Assembly: GCA_002269645.1 (NCBI GenBank)
Contig: NIVC01000365.1
Location: 310,001-374,000, forward strand
Reading direction: 5' to 3'
Source: Macrostomum lignano
Lineage: Eukaryota
Length of the DNA stretch: 64,000 nt
A model generated the notes under the pieces. The model was not told the origin of the DNA, searched no databases, and saw only the letters and a program-made list of their open reading frames with translations. The translations under genes were made by a program, and so were the position numbers. This document shows, in pieces, positions 51,247 to 64,000 of the stretch. Every line of letters begins with the position of its first letter. Within the stretch, counting starts at the first letter, position 1.

Positions 51247-53863
51247 TCATAGCTTGCTGCCCTTGGAGTCCCACTTGTAGAATCCCAGCCCGGTCTTGCG
51301 GCCCAGCCGGCCCTCCTCAACCAGCTTGTTGAGCATGTCGCTGGGCTTGAACAGCTCAACATTGGGGAACTTGGCGTGCCAGCCGTCCATGATGAACTTG
51401 GTGGTGTCCAGGCCCACGTAGTCGGCCAGCTCGATGGGGCCCATGGGGTGGCCGGCGCCCAGCCGCATGGCCGTGTCGATGTCCTCGGCAGTGGCGTCGC
51501 CGCGTTCCAGCATGCGGACGGCCTCGGTGAGGTAGGGCACCAGCAGGCGGTTCACGATGAAGCCGGGGGTGTCCTTGCAGGGCACGGCCGACTTGCCCAG
51601 GCTGCGGCTGAACTCCAGCAGCTGGTTGAAGGCGGCCTCCGTGATGTCCGGGGTTCGAACCACCTCCACCAGGCGCATGACCGGGACAGGGTTGAAGAAG
51701 TGCAGCCCGCCGAATGTCGGCCTGGAGTGGAGAGTGGGGCGATTCTCACTTGGGGGGGCGATTATCACTGGGGTTGGGGGCGATTCTCACTTGGGGGGGG
51801 GCGATTATCACTGGGGTTGGGGGCGATTCTCACTGGGTTGGGGGCGATTCTCACTGGGGTTGGGGGCGATTCTCACTGGGGTTGGGGGCGATTCTCACTA
51901 AGGTTGGGGGCGATTCTCACTGGGGTTGGGGGCGATTCTCACTGGGTTGGGGGCGATTCTCACGTGGGGGCGATTATCACTGGGATTGGAGGCGATTCTC
52001 ACTGGGACTGGGGGCGATTATCACTGGGATTGGAGGAGATTCTCACTGGGACTGGGGGCGATTCTCACTGGGATTGGAGGCGATTCTCACTGGGATTGAA
52101 GGCGATTCTCATTGGTTTTGGGTCAAAAGCCTTATGGCTCACTTGCGGTTCGGCACAGCCTCGGCCAGCTCGGCGATGCCCAAGGAGCTGGTGTTGGAGG
52201 CAAACAGGCAGCCAGCCGGAGCTGTTGAGTCCAGCTGGCGGTAGAGGCTGCGCTTCAGCTCCAGGTTCTCCACCACCGCCTCTACCACCAGGTCGGCTGA
52301 CTTGGCGGCGTCGGCTGCAGACTGGCTGGTGGCCAGGTTGGCCATGGTCTTGGACACCAGCTGCTTGGCCTCCTCTGGCCGGTCCTTCAGCTGCTTCTTG
52401 GCCACCCGCTCCAGGCTGGTCTGGATGCTCTGCACTGCCTTGCCCAGCAGCTGCTCGTTCAGGTCCACCAGGGTCACCTGGTAGCCAGACTGGGCTGACA
52501 CCTGTTAGGGTCAGAGTTGGGGACAGACTATGCTGAGAGGGTGCATCTTGTATACCACTATCAAGTGGGCAAACAAAAATGCTGGAAAAGTTATATTCAT
52601 TAAGTATATTTTAAGCAACATAAAGGCAACTTTAAATATCTTAGTTCCTTTAAATATAAAATAAAATGGTCTCTAAAAATTATATTTGAACACTGATTCT
52701 ATTCATAATATTTTACAATAGAATAAATAAATGAATTAGAATGAATTAGTTGTCTATAAAGTAATATAATATATAAGGGCCTAAAAAAAGCCCAATCATA
52801 TTTTAATCTATATATATGCATAACTATTGATTTCACTTCTGTTTTTCTTTTTGGTAGGTTGCAAATTGTAAGTCATATTATCAGTCAAAATAAGTTTCAA
52901 GGCAAGTATAATTTCTGAGGTTGCAATGCCATGCTGATCTATTCAGCTTTTCTATGTGAAAAAAAATTGGTGACATGAAAAACAGTCCAAAAGTTCTAGC
53001 CCAACTAAGGCTATGCAATTCTATTTATGGAGAGCTTATGTGCATGGTAGCCATTTGCCTAATGTTTTAATTGCATGCACAGCGGCTAATAGTTGGTTTC
53101 CCTCAAATCTGCATATTGCTACTAATTGAGCCTAAGTAAAACCTTATTGTTACTATATTGTTTTTATAATATTTTATCATACAACCCATGTATGTATACT
53201 ATGTATACCAAATTTAATGTAAATTCATTGCTTTTTTGTTAATTTGAATATTAATTCAAATAGTATATGACTTACAATATATGAGATAACTGTTATACAT
53301 GCAAGCTCTCTGTTCTATTTATTATAATATATTTGTATTAACTATGTATGGGTCTAGGCTATGCTCATATATAATTTTGATAAAAAATATTATCACACAC
53401 TACTATTAATACTATACTACTATACATGTAGAATATCAATTATAAGTCTAATACATTTTAGCTACATTCTTGCCCTTTTGACTGTTGCCCCTTTGATTTA
53501 TCACCCTTTAAGTTTAAATTAGTTCCTAGTCAAAACATAACAAGCAAACCCTAATTTATCATTGTCGTTGACTTATATTATAATATTAATTGCATAATAA
53601 TATAGGGTCTAGCCATCTAGGTGTAACGTGTAATCCAATTTGTTTCCCCAAACTAAAAACCTATCACAATATACAAATCTCTAAGATCTTAAATATACTA
53701 TTCTTTCCTTTTGAAAAAAATATAATAGAAGACAAAAACATACCTGCGCAATGCCAGAACCCATCAAGCCGGCCCCGATAACTGTAACTTTGCTGATTGA
53801 CCTGCTACTCATTGTGTACTGCAGACTAAACTGACGCAGAATTTGCTTTGAACACGCAAGCAT
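51247..53863 (-). CDS. HADH: Mitochondrial short-chain 3-hydroxyacyl-CoA dehydrogenase, 3 exons, ~317 aa
   Basis: Exons 53863-53744 (transit-like peptide + [15 protein letters not shown]), 52501-52143 ([18 protein letters not shown]) and 51721-51247 ([44 protein letters not shown]). Phases 0 and 2 are compatible. Confidence 0.96.
51735..52115. repeat. 22-23 bp G-rich intronic minisatellite (ggggcgattctcactggggttg)
   Basis: Fills intron 2 of HADH almost from acceptor to donor. Confidence 0.92.
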
Positions 53864-55372
53864 GATCCAACGAGAGTTAAAAGTCTATAATTAAATTGGC
53901 ACAACTGTAAAATATTTAGCAAAAGCCTGTGGTTTTGTTTCGCTATCAAATATGAAGACTTGACACGATACGAGTACTGACGTAATGAAGGTCTGTGCGC
54001 GCGCGCTAATTCCAGGAAATAATTGTATTTCGAAATGGTACGAAAAATGAGCCCCCGAATTCCGGAAAATCTAACTACTTGAAATATAGTTAATAACCGA
54101 AATTAATCACTTTAAATTTAATCAGCATTCTATCAAAGCCCGTTTATACTTTTGATAGACTTATTTGAGATATTAGTTGAGTCTGATCGAGTTATGTGTG
54201 TGATCGATTTTAGCAAAAACATCTCTGCCGATTTTCTTCGAACTTTATATCTACGAGTACCAAAGAAGCACTGGCCTTGTAGCATCAAGGAACAAAGGGT
54301 TTTCCCTAATTAGACGCCGTCACGCCGGAATGTTCTGTTCAAGACCTTAAATGCCCAGAACTGATAATTACAGTATCAATTTATTATTTGTAAATGTCAT
54401 GACTCGCATCATTTGTTTCAAGCCTTTCGGCCTTTAAATCTGCTGTTTTCATCTATATACAAGCACGTCTAGTCGTACTACAGTTCATGCATATTAAACA
54501 ATTTGATAGCTTGATAGATGTTGACAGCTTATCTTCGCCCAAGCTCCATAGCTGCATGCTTTATGTTTGATCTCGGGGAAAAAGATAATTTATTGCAAGA
54601 TAATTCTCATGCACGTGGTGCGTACCTACGCGGAGGTAATTTTTTATCTAAGCCATTTAATCAGGACTTAATCTGCTTTTCTTCGTGTTCTCAAACTTTA
54701 CCGTACGTACATGTGCAAGTTACATAGCGGAATCAAGGACCTTGAGCGGAATGGGCGACCCTCGTCTCCCCGCTGTCTACGGACCACCCTGTATAGCTAA
54801 GTCAATAAATGTTACATGTAGCTACAGAAGCTCAACGATATGAAAGACAGCTTGTTCCACAAGAACAAGACGCCGAAGTGCATTCTATGATGAGGGCTGG
54901 AAATCATTATTACTTTCTTTCAAACTATAATTGCTACAAAAAGCCCATTCTCACCCTAACGTTTCTCTGATCTCTTTCCCTTTGACTGTGCAAATTGCTC
55001 ATTCTCTGCTTCTAAGCCTGTGTAGCTCATAATAAATGTGTTTCGACCCAGCAGTTTTTGTACTCAGAGCCAATTGCACACCGCAGTTGCTTGCTGCTGC
55101 AGCCCAACTAAGTGTGCACACTAGAGCGGCCTGACGCCACGCGGTTGCCCTTGGCAACAAAGCAGCCAACCCCACGGCCAACCCGTCTATTGAGCGCACA
55201 TTTCTAAAAACCTTGGACTACGCACTCTCTCCACTGAGCTCAATATACAGTAACATAATATAAGCTCAGCACAGCTAGCGCTTTGCATTGAAAATCTGTT
55301 TAATAAAGCCTTAGCTAAATTCAGCCGACGATAATTCTCAAACTAACTGCAGCTGCTTCTTTTGCGATCGCC

Positions 55373-58065
55373 ATGACGCTGCAATTTCGCTGGGAGGAAC
55401 GCTTTCTCTACAGGCAGGAGCCTTGGATACTGAAGCGTAAGTAAATACAGATAGACGGTGCTAGACGAATCCAGGTGTCACCAGTGTGGTTTATGGATTA
55501 CCATGCAGTATTAGAGCCAGGTGTCACCAGTGGCTCATGGATTACCAAAGTGTCAGACAGAGCCAGGTGTCACCAGTGGCTCATGGATTACCAAAGTGTC
55601 AGACAGAGCCAGGTGTCACCAGTGGCTCATGGATTACCAAAGTGTCAGACAGAGCCAGGTGTCACCAGTGGCTCATGGATTACCAAAGTGTCAGACAGAG
55701 CCAGGTGTCACCAGTGGCTCATGGATTACCAAAGTGTCAGACAGAGCCAGGTGTCACCAGTGGCTCATGGATTACCAAAGTGTTAGACAGAGCCAGGTGT
55801 CACCAGTGGCTCATGGATTACCAAAGTGTTAGATAGAGCCAGGTGTCACCAGTGGCTCATGGATTACCAAAGTGTCAGACAGAGCCAGGTGTCACCAGTG
55901 GCTCATGGACTACCAAAGTGTCAGACAGAGCCAGGTGTCACCAGTGGCTCATGGATTACCAAAGTGTCAGACAGAGCCAGGTGTCACCAGTGGCTCATGG
56001 ATTACCAAAGTGTTAGACAGAGCCAGGTGTCACCAGTGGCTCATGGATTACCAAAGTGTCAGACAGAGCCAGGTGTCACCAGTGGCTCATGGATTACCAA
56101 AGTGTCAGACAGAGCCAAGTGTCACCAGTGGCTCATGGATTACCAAAGTGTCAGACAGAGCCAGGTGTCACCAGTGGCTCATGGATTACCAAAGTGTCAG
56201 ACAGAGCCAGGTGTCACCAGTGGCTCATGGATTACCAAAGTGTTAGACAGAGCCAGGTATCACCAGTGGCTCATGGATTACCAAAGTGTCAGACAGAGCC
56301 AGGTGTCACCAGTGGCTCATGGATTACCAAAGTGTTAGACAGAGCCAGGTGTCACCAGTGGCTCATGGATTACCAAAGTGTCAGACAGAGCCAGGTGTCA
56401 CCAGTGGCTCATGGATTACCAAAGTGTCAGACAGAGCCAGGTGTCACCAGTGGCTCATGGATTACCAAAGTGTCAGACAGAGCCAGGTATCACCAGTGGC
56501 TCATGGATTACCAAAGTGTCAGACAGAGCCAGGTGTCACCAGTGGCTCATGGATTACCAAAGTGTTAGACAGAGCCAGGTGTCACCAGTGGCTCATGGAT
56601 TACCAAAGTGTCAGACAGAGCCAAGTGTCACCAGTGGCTCATGGATTACCAAAGTGTCAGACAGAGCCAGGTGTCACCAGTGGCTCATGGATTACCAAAG
56701 TGTCAGACAGAGCCAGGTGTCACCAGTGGCTCATGGATTACCAAAGTGTCAGACAGAGCCAGGTGTCACCAGTGGCTCATGGATTACCAAAGTGTCAGAC
56801 AGAGCCAGGTGTCACCAGTGGCTCATGAATTACGGAAGTGTCGGTGAACAAGGGCAGGTGTCCATGATTGACCATAGGATTACCAAAGCAGTCAGCCCAG
56901 CAACAAGCTTTGACTCCATCACCACCATTCGACCGTTCTGCAGCCCAGCGCGACCACCTGATGAACATGACGGAGGACCTGCAGTCGGCGTTGAACTGCC
57001 TGACCAGCGACGCGAAGCGCGGCAGGGCCGCCCTGGCGCAAAGAATTCTGCACCCGTTCTGCTACCTGACCTGCGGCTCCGAGCTGGTGGCGCAGGGCGC
57101 CGAGGCCGCGGCTGACCGCCTGCTGGCAGGCTCAACCGACTGCCCGGACCGAGCGGGCCAGCGCCAGATCTGCACCGTCGGCTTCTATAAGGCGCGAGAC
57201 TGCCGAGACAACCAGCTGTGCATTGTGCAGCAGTGCCGCATGTGCCAGCTGGGCGGAGACTGCCAGCAGACCTGGTAGGGGCCGTGCCTATCGCATATCT
57301 ATTTGTGTCTATCCATGTCTATCGCATATCTATCCGTGATTATCCATGTCTATCCCATTTCTATCCCTATCTAGCCATGTCTATCCCATATATATCCCTA
57401 TCTAGCCATGTCTATCCAATATCTATCCCTATCTAGCCATGTCTATCCCATATCAATCCCTATCTAGCCATGTCTATCCCATATCTATCTGTGTCTAGCC
57501 ACGTCTATCGCATATCTATCTGTGTCTAACAATGTCTATCCCACATCTATCCGTATCTAACCATGTCTATCCCATATCCATCCGTCTATCCATGTCTATC
57601 GTATGTCTCTGTATCTAACCATGATATTCCCATATCTATCCGTATCTAACCATGTCTATCCCATATCTATCCGTGTCAAGCCACGTCCATCGCATATCTA
57701 CCCGGGTCTAGCTCCGTCTATCCCATATCTATCTGGGCCTGGCCACATTTTTAACTTTATCCATCTCTATTCTACGTTTCCGGGACGATCCCAAGTCAAC
57801 CCGTCTCCTTTGTATATACTAGGAGCGTAGTTCTACGTCTATCTTATCCTATCCAGCTCTAACCACGCCAATTTCACTCCCATCCTCCACTCTACCGACG
57901 CTCAACCCAACCGCAAATCTCCCTCATTCCCGCCGCAGCCTCAGCCTGATCTGGAAGCCCATGACCAACGGCGAATGGCGCCTCTTCGTGCTCGCCACGG
58001 CGACTGCTGACGGCGACGTCGCACCCGCCGACTATCTGGGCTTCCGCCGCCTGCTGGACCTGTGA
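55373..58065 (+). CDS. Small cysteine-rich protein, probable NTF2/SnoaL-like fold, 3 exons, 173 aa
   Basis: Exons 55373-55436, 56944-57274 and 57939-58065; phases 1 and 2 are compatible with canonical GT-AG sites; AATAAA at ~58108. The fold call rests on the C-terminal CLSLIWKPMTNGEWRLF strand-turn-strand pattern (inference). Confidence 0.7.
55470..56830. repeat. 46-bp intronic minisatellite (gagccaggtgtcaccagtggctcatggattaccaaagtgtcagaca), ~29 copies
   Basis: Intron 1 of the NTF2-like gene; near-identical units. Confidence 0.97.
57288..57730. repeat. Degenerate intronic repeat (ccatgtctatcccatatctatcc...), ~29-30 bp
   Basis: Intron 2 of the NTF2-like gene. Confidence 0.8.
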
Positions 58066-58811
58066 GAGGCAGCCGAGGCCGCGCAGATAACAGCGACAAC
58101 AATAATTAATAAACCCAACAATAAAGCTTAGTTTATCTACCCGTCCAGGCACCTGTAATTAAAAAAGAAAAACAAATATAACAGAAACCACCGAAACAAG
58201 TTTTAAAAATCAATTTAATGCCTTTGTTTAAAAAGTTTTATTCACATACAACTTTTATTTATTGCTAAACGCACTGCATAGTACTAAAACTAAGAGCGGA
58301 AAAAGCCGCTAAAAACAACGGAAAAAAACGAAAAAAGCAGCAACAAAAAACGAGAAAAGTTTTCTGATCTGACTACTGATAGTGAAAACAGTAGTATTAT
58401 TGGGGCTAAATTTACCGCACAGAACAGAATTAGGAAGAGCTGAGACAAATGCCAGCTTGCAAAGAAAAGCTGCAAGAACTGTAGAAAATACAGCAAAACG
58501 AGTGTTCGAGTGTTGGAACATTCGAATAGGAACGATTTAACTAACCATTTTTATTCTATAAAAAACAAAAAACCAGTAAACCCTCAAAATCTCTTAATTT
58601 CTAAGAATATTACGTAATCTCAAGAAAATATGATTATAACAAAATCTTAGCAAAATCAAAACATTGCTAACTGGGCAAACCATGCTAAACTGATTTTTGG
58701 GGCAACAATGAGATACTGAGTAATTTAACAGAACTAACAAAACAAAGGAGCTGCCGGTAGTACACAGGCATGAGGAAAATCCTCACCGACAACAACTGTT
58801 GCAATTTGGGC

Positions 58812-60792
58812 ACCTGTTGGGATCAGAGAGTTAGCACACCTGTTGGGATCAGGGAGTTAGTACACCTGTTGGGATCAGGGACTTAATACACCTGTTGGGA
58901 TCAGGGAGTTAATACACCTGTTGGGATCAGGGACTTAATACACCTGTTGGGATCAGGGAGTTAGTACACCTGTTGGGATCAGGGACTTAATACACCTGTT
59001 GGGATCAGGGAGTTAGTACACCTGTTGGGATCAGGGACTTAATACACCTGTTGGGATCAGGGACTTAATACACCTGTTGGGATCAGGGAGTTAATACACC
59101 TGTTGGGATCAGGGAGTTAATACACACCTGTTGGGATCAGGGAGTTAATACACCTGTTGGGATCAGGGACTTAATACACCTGTTGGGATCAGGGAGTTAA
59201 TACACCTGTTGGGATCAGGGAGTTAATACACCTGCTGGGATCAGGGAGTTAATACACCTGTTGGGATCAGGGAGTTAATACACCTGTTGGGATCAGGGAG
59301 TTAATACACCTGTTGGGATCAGGGAGTTAATACACCTGTTGGGATCAGGGAGTTAATACACCTGTTGGGATCAGGGAGTTAATACACCTGTTGGGATCAG
59401 GGAGTTAATACACCTGTTGGGATCGGGGAGTTAATAAACCTGTTGGGATCAGGGAGTTAATAAACCTGTTGGGATCAGGGAGTTAATACACCTGTTGGGA
59501 TCAGGGAGTTAATACACCTGTTGGGATCAGGGAGTTAATACACCTGTTGGGATCAGGGAGTTAATACACCTGTTGGGATCAGGGAGTTGATACACCTGTT
59601 GGGATCAGAGAGTTAATACACCTGTTAGGATCAGGGAGTTAATACACCTGTTGGGATCAGGGAGTTAATACACCTGTTGGGATCAGGGAGTTAATACACC
59701 TGTTGGGATCAGGGAGTTAATACACCTGTTGGGATCAGGGAGTTAATACACCTGTTGGGATCAGGGAGTTAATACACCTGTTGGGATCAGGGAGTTAATA
59801 CACCTGTTGGGATCAGGGAGTTAATACACCTGTTGGGATCAGGGAGTTAATACACCTGTTGGGATCAGGGAGTTAATACACCTGTTGGGATCAGGGAGTT
59901 AATACACCTGTTGGGATCAGGGAGTTAATACACCTGTTGGGATCAGGGAGTTAATACACCTGTTGGGATCAGGGAGTTAATACACCTGTTGGGATCAGGG
60001 AGTTAATACACCTGTTGGGATCAGGGAGTTAATACACCTGTTGGGATCAGGGAGTTAATACACCTGTTGGGATCAGGGAGTTAATACACCTGTTGGGATC
60101 AGGGAGTTAATACACCTGTTGGGATCAGGCAGTTAATACACCTGTTGGGATCAGGGAGTTAATACACCTGTTGGGATCAGGGAGTTAATACACCTGTTGG
60201 GATCAGAGAGCTAGTACACCTGTTGGGATCAGGGAGTTAATACACCTGTTGGGATCAGGGAGTTAATACACCTGTTGGGATCAGAGAGCTAGTACACCTG
60301 TTGGGATCAGGGAGTTAATACACCTGTTGGGATCAGGGAGTTAATACACCTGTTGGGATCAGAGAGCTAATACACCTGTTGGGATCAGAGAGCTAGTACA
60401 CCTGTTGGGATCAGGGAGTTAATACACCTGTTGGGATCAGGGAGTTAATACACCTGTTGGGATCAGAGAGCTAGTACACCTGTTGGGATCAGGGAGTTAA
60501 TACACCTGTTGGGATCAGGGAGTTAATACACCTGTTGGGAACAGGGAGTTAATACACCTGTTGGGATCAGAGAGCTAGTACACCTGTTGGGATCAGGGAG
60601 TTAATACACACCTGTTGGGATCAGGGAGTTAATACACCTGTTGGGATCAGAGAGCTAGTACACCTGTTGGGATCAGGGAGTTAATACACCTGTTGGGATC
60701 AGAGAGTTAGTACACCTGTTGGGATCAGGGAGTTAATACACCTGTTGGGATCAGGGAGTTAATACACCTGTTGGGATCAGGGAGTTAATACA
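58812..60792. repeat. 26-bp minisatellite (gggagttaatacacctgttgggatca), ~75 copies
   Basis: Exact period. Begins ~10 bp past the FBXO47-like stop codon on the minus strand. Confidence 0.97.
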
Positions 60793-60801
60793 CTCACTCA
60801 G

Positions 60802-62588
60802 TCACTCCTCGCGCCGGCCGGTCAGCACGGCCTCGGTCCGCAGCGGCAGCAGCAGGCGCAGCAGCGACTTGGTCAGCTCGGCCTGAGCGCGCAGCAGGAT
60901 GCAGAAGTCCTCCATGCGGCCCTCCAGGCCTTCGCTCTCGTACAGGTCGGCCATGACGGTCCTGAAGCTGTCGCCGAAGCTGTCGATCAGGTAGGCGCGC
61001 TTGGCGGCGCTCGGCGCAGCGGCGATGGTACTGCGGATCAGCCCGGCCACCAGGCCGAACGGCTGCTTGGCCTTGACGGTCACCAGACAGAGCGACGTCA
61101 GCAGCATCACCAGCTCGTTGCTGGTCGACTCGCTTTTCGACATTCGACGCGCCATGCCGTTTAGCACCAGGCGGCTCACCTGGCAGCCGGCCATGAGCAG
61201 CACGCAGGCGGAGTTCTCGGACAGCCAGGCGGTGGGCAGCCTGCGCAGGGATGACAAACGGAATTGAGTCGTTAAAAAAACACAAGAGTTGCCCCAGAGT
61301 CGCAAGAGTCAACAGAGAGCTGTTTGCAATGACTCTTTAGCGATTCTTGGCATGGTAACGTTTCCAACGGGCTGCCCACTCCGCCGACTCCCCTGAGCAG
61401 GCACACAAGCGCGCGGATACGTACACTGTACTGTGCCCTGGGGGGTTGGCTTCGAAGGGCGTTAATTGCAGGAGCAGAGCCAAGCCGAGATTCCAATTTA
61501 GCCCCAAGTTAATGTGACTGCAATTGAAATCGAGCCTGGGCCGCGCTCTAGCGCCACAGACTGGCGCTCGCGCCTCACCTGGTCAGCTCTTCGAACAGGC
61601 GCGGAATTCGCGGCCGCAGCTTCTTGTCAGTGTAGAGGGCGCGCAGGGCGTCGCCAAGGCTGCCGAAGCAGGCGTCGATTTGGGCGGCGCTGGCTGCCGT
61701 GCTGCGGGACATGTCGCGCCACATCACCCGCGACTCGAACGTCGGCCCGAGGGTGACGAACAGCAGCCAGGCGGCCGGCCGGGACCGCCAGGCGGCCAAC
61801 AGGCGGCAAAAGCGGCGCCAGCGCTGCCGCTCGGAGCAGACGGCCAGGAACAGGTGGCGGATGAAGAGGCGGACGCGGAAATCGTCGACTGCGGAGACGG
61901 GAGCGCCGCCAGACGAGACGGCGAGCTCGGCGACGGTCAGCAGGGCGGGTCTCCGCCGGGAGCTGCGCGGGTCGAACAGGCGAAGCAGCGCCAGTCCGGC
62001 GGGGTCCAGCCAGCGGGCCGGCCACCCGGCGGTGAACTCGCCGACCAGCAGGCCGGCGGCCGAGTAGTGGGCGCGCACCTCCCGGATGGTGGCGCCCGGC
62101 TCGGCGGCGGCGAGGCAGGACGGCATCAGGTAGCGGTGAAGGAGCCGCAGACGGTCCGGCAAGGCGTCAAAGCAGCTGAGCCGCTTCAGCAGGCGGCCAG
62201 CGCGGACAAATTTCGAGTCGGAGCAGGCGACGTCGGAGGAGGCGGCGGCGGAGGTCGGCGAGCCGACGAGATTTGGCATGGACGCGCGGAGCAGCCTGCA
62301 GGCGTAGGCGGACTCGGTGAATTCGCGGACAAGATGGTGGAAGCTGCGGCAGGTGCAGGCCAGTTGGCCGAGATCGTCGGCGTCCAGACAGCCGCTGGCG
62401 AGGATGCGGAACAGCAGCTCCGGCGGCAGGTTGGCGAGGCCTCGGCTTGGCGGCTGCTCGCTTGGGCGGCTCCGCTTGGCCGGTGGCGCAGACGGGCTGC
62501 GGCGGCGCTTGTGGCAGTCGACTGCCGAAGCTTCGGCAGCGGCTGCGGTTGCAGACATCTGGCATAGAGTCATCCAGCGGTGCAGCAT
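60802..62588 (-). CDS. FBXO47: F-box only protein 47-like (PROM-1/FBXO47 family), 2 coding exons, ~482 aa
   Basis: Exons 62588-61579 and 61240-60802 (phase 2). F-box LANLPPELLFRIL..LGQLACTCR. Motifs recalled as FBXO47-like: GRLLKR..RL, FTAGW, RVRLF.R, WLL...GP..VMW.DM, LGDALRALY, LFEELT..PTAWLSENSA, LLRAQAEL. Confidence 0.8.
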
Positions 62589-62744
62589 GACGATTGGGAC
62601 TGGCGAGCAGCGATGAATATTGATGGATGATGGGGGACGGAGACTGGAGGTATTGCGTTTGGTTAAATAAAGAAATTTTGAGTAGGTTCTCCTAAGACTG
62701 GTTCAGAATCGGTTAAATCGGGGTAAACCGGAGTAGATTACTCT

Positions 62745-63550
62745 ACTATTAGAGATTACTGTTACACCGAGGGAGATTACTCTTACACCGAGGGAGATTA
62801 CTCTTACAGCGAGAGAAATTACTCTTACACCGAGGGAGATTACTCTTACACCGAGGGAGATTACTCTTACAGCGAGAGAAATTACTCTTACACCGAGGGA
62901 GATTACTCTTACAGCGAGAGAAATTACTCTTACACCGAGGGAGATTACTCTTACACCGAGGGAGATTACTCTTACACCGAGGGAGATTACTCTTACACCG
63001 AGGGAGATTACTCTTACAGCGAGAGAAATCACTCTTACAGCGAGAGAGATTACTCTAAAACCGGGGAGATTACTCTAAAACCGGGGAGATTACTCTAAAA
63101 CCGAGGAGATTACTCTAAAACCGGGGAGATTACTCTAAAACCGAGTAGATTACTCTAAAACCGGGGGATTACTCTTAAACCGAGGGAGATTACTCTAAAA
63201 CCGAGGGAGATTACTCTAAAACCGGGGAGATTACTCTAAAACCGAGGAGATTACTCTTACACCGAGGGAGATTACTCTTACACCGAGGGAGATTACTCTT
63301 ACAGCGAGAGAAATCACTCTTACAGCGAGAGAGATTACTCTAAAACCGGGGAGATTACTCTAAAACCGGGGAGATTACTCTAAAACCGAGGAGATTACTC
63401 TAAAACCGGGGAGATTACTCTAAAACCGGGGAGATTACTCTAAAACTGGGGAGATTACTCTAAAACCGGGGGAGATTACTCTAAAACCGGGGAGATTACT
63501 CTAAAACCGGGGGAGATTACTCTAAAACCGGGGAGAATACTCTAAAACCG
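62745..63550. repeat. 20-21 bp minisatellite with two unit classes (gagggagattactcttacacc / ggggagattactctaaaacc)
   Basis: Directly visible; blocks of the two classes alternate. Confidence 0.93.
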
Positions 63551-63805
63551 TTGGAGTTAACTCTAGCAAAAGCAGCACGCAAACATTAACAGACTATTAA
63601 AGCAACAAGTTAAACGGCACATTTAACTGTGTATTTATAAATTTGCAATCGCTACTAACATGCAGACAATTCTAGGCAACACTGAGCTTTCCAGGATAAT
63701 GTCAAGAGGGGTCACTAGACTGGCACCAGATACTCCAGCGCTAGACTGACCAATCTGTAACCAAGACAAACATTTCGGTCACTGTGTGCGCCGGTCGAGA
63801 AGAGC

Positions 63806-64000
63806 TCACGACATCCGCGCACTCTGCAGCCGGTGCAGCTGCTGGATCAGCTCGGTAGCGCTGGGCGACATCGGCCTGTGCCGAGAGTCGGGCAGGTCGC
63901 CGAGGCCCACAGACCGGCCGAATGTGAACGGGGTCCAGACGCCCTGCACGGACGGGTGGAAGCTGCGCAGGTTCTCGTGCAGCGGCAGCAGGTCGTCGCC
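63806..64000 (-). CDS. 3' end of an unidentified protein-coding gene, cut by the window edge
   Basis: GC3-rich open frame GDDLLPLHENLRSFHPSVQGVWTPFTFGR...LHRLQSARMS* ending with TGA at 63808-63806. Confidence 0.6.
   Translation of the reverse strand, partial: GDDLLPLHENLRSFHPSVQGVWTPFTFGRSVGLGDLPDSRHRPMSPSATELIQQLHRLQSARMS

Noticed and set aside
55475-57115. Multiple overlapping 100-245 aa ORFs in the 46-bp array
   Set aside because: They are frame-cycling products of an intronic repeat; the real exons flank the array.

Overview
Eukaryotic (invertebrate) genomic DNA, not prokaryotic. It has GC-rich exons, GT-AG introns, and a different minisatellite in most long introns; this style resembles the flatworm Macrostomum lignano, which is an inference from style only. 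All gene models were spliced by hand from GT/AG sites with phase checks. Genes: two GPCRs with intronless CDS, a small 2-TM protein, a 4-exon MYND zinc-finger gene, two paralogous Shisa-like genes flanking a PLAC8 gene, HADH, a 3-exon NTF2/SnoaL-like gene, an FBXO47-like gene and the 3' end of an unidentified gene. Two items stand out. (1) A ~13.2 kb Helentron/Helitron2-type element (6903-20063, minus strand) has DINE-1-like termini and a spliced AT-hook/OTU/Zn-finger/DUF6570-like gene, but its Rep-helicase half is replaced by a 5 kb 15-mer satellite; a 630 bp Helitron1-type element is nested in its first intron. (2) The two Shisa-like paralogs carry N-terminal exons the ORF track does not join to them: an Arg/Tyr/Ser repeat and a conserved 23-residue peptide flanked by RR sites. 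No database searches were run; family names come from motif recognition.
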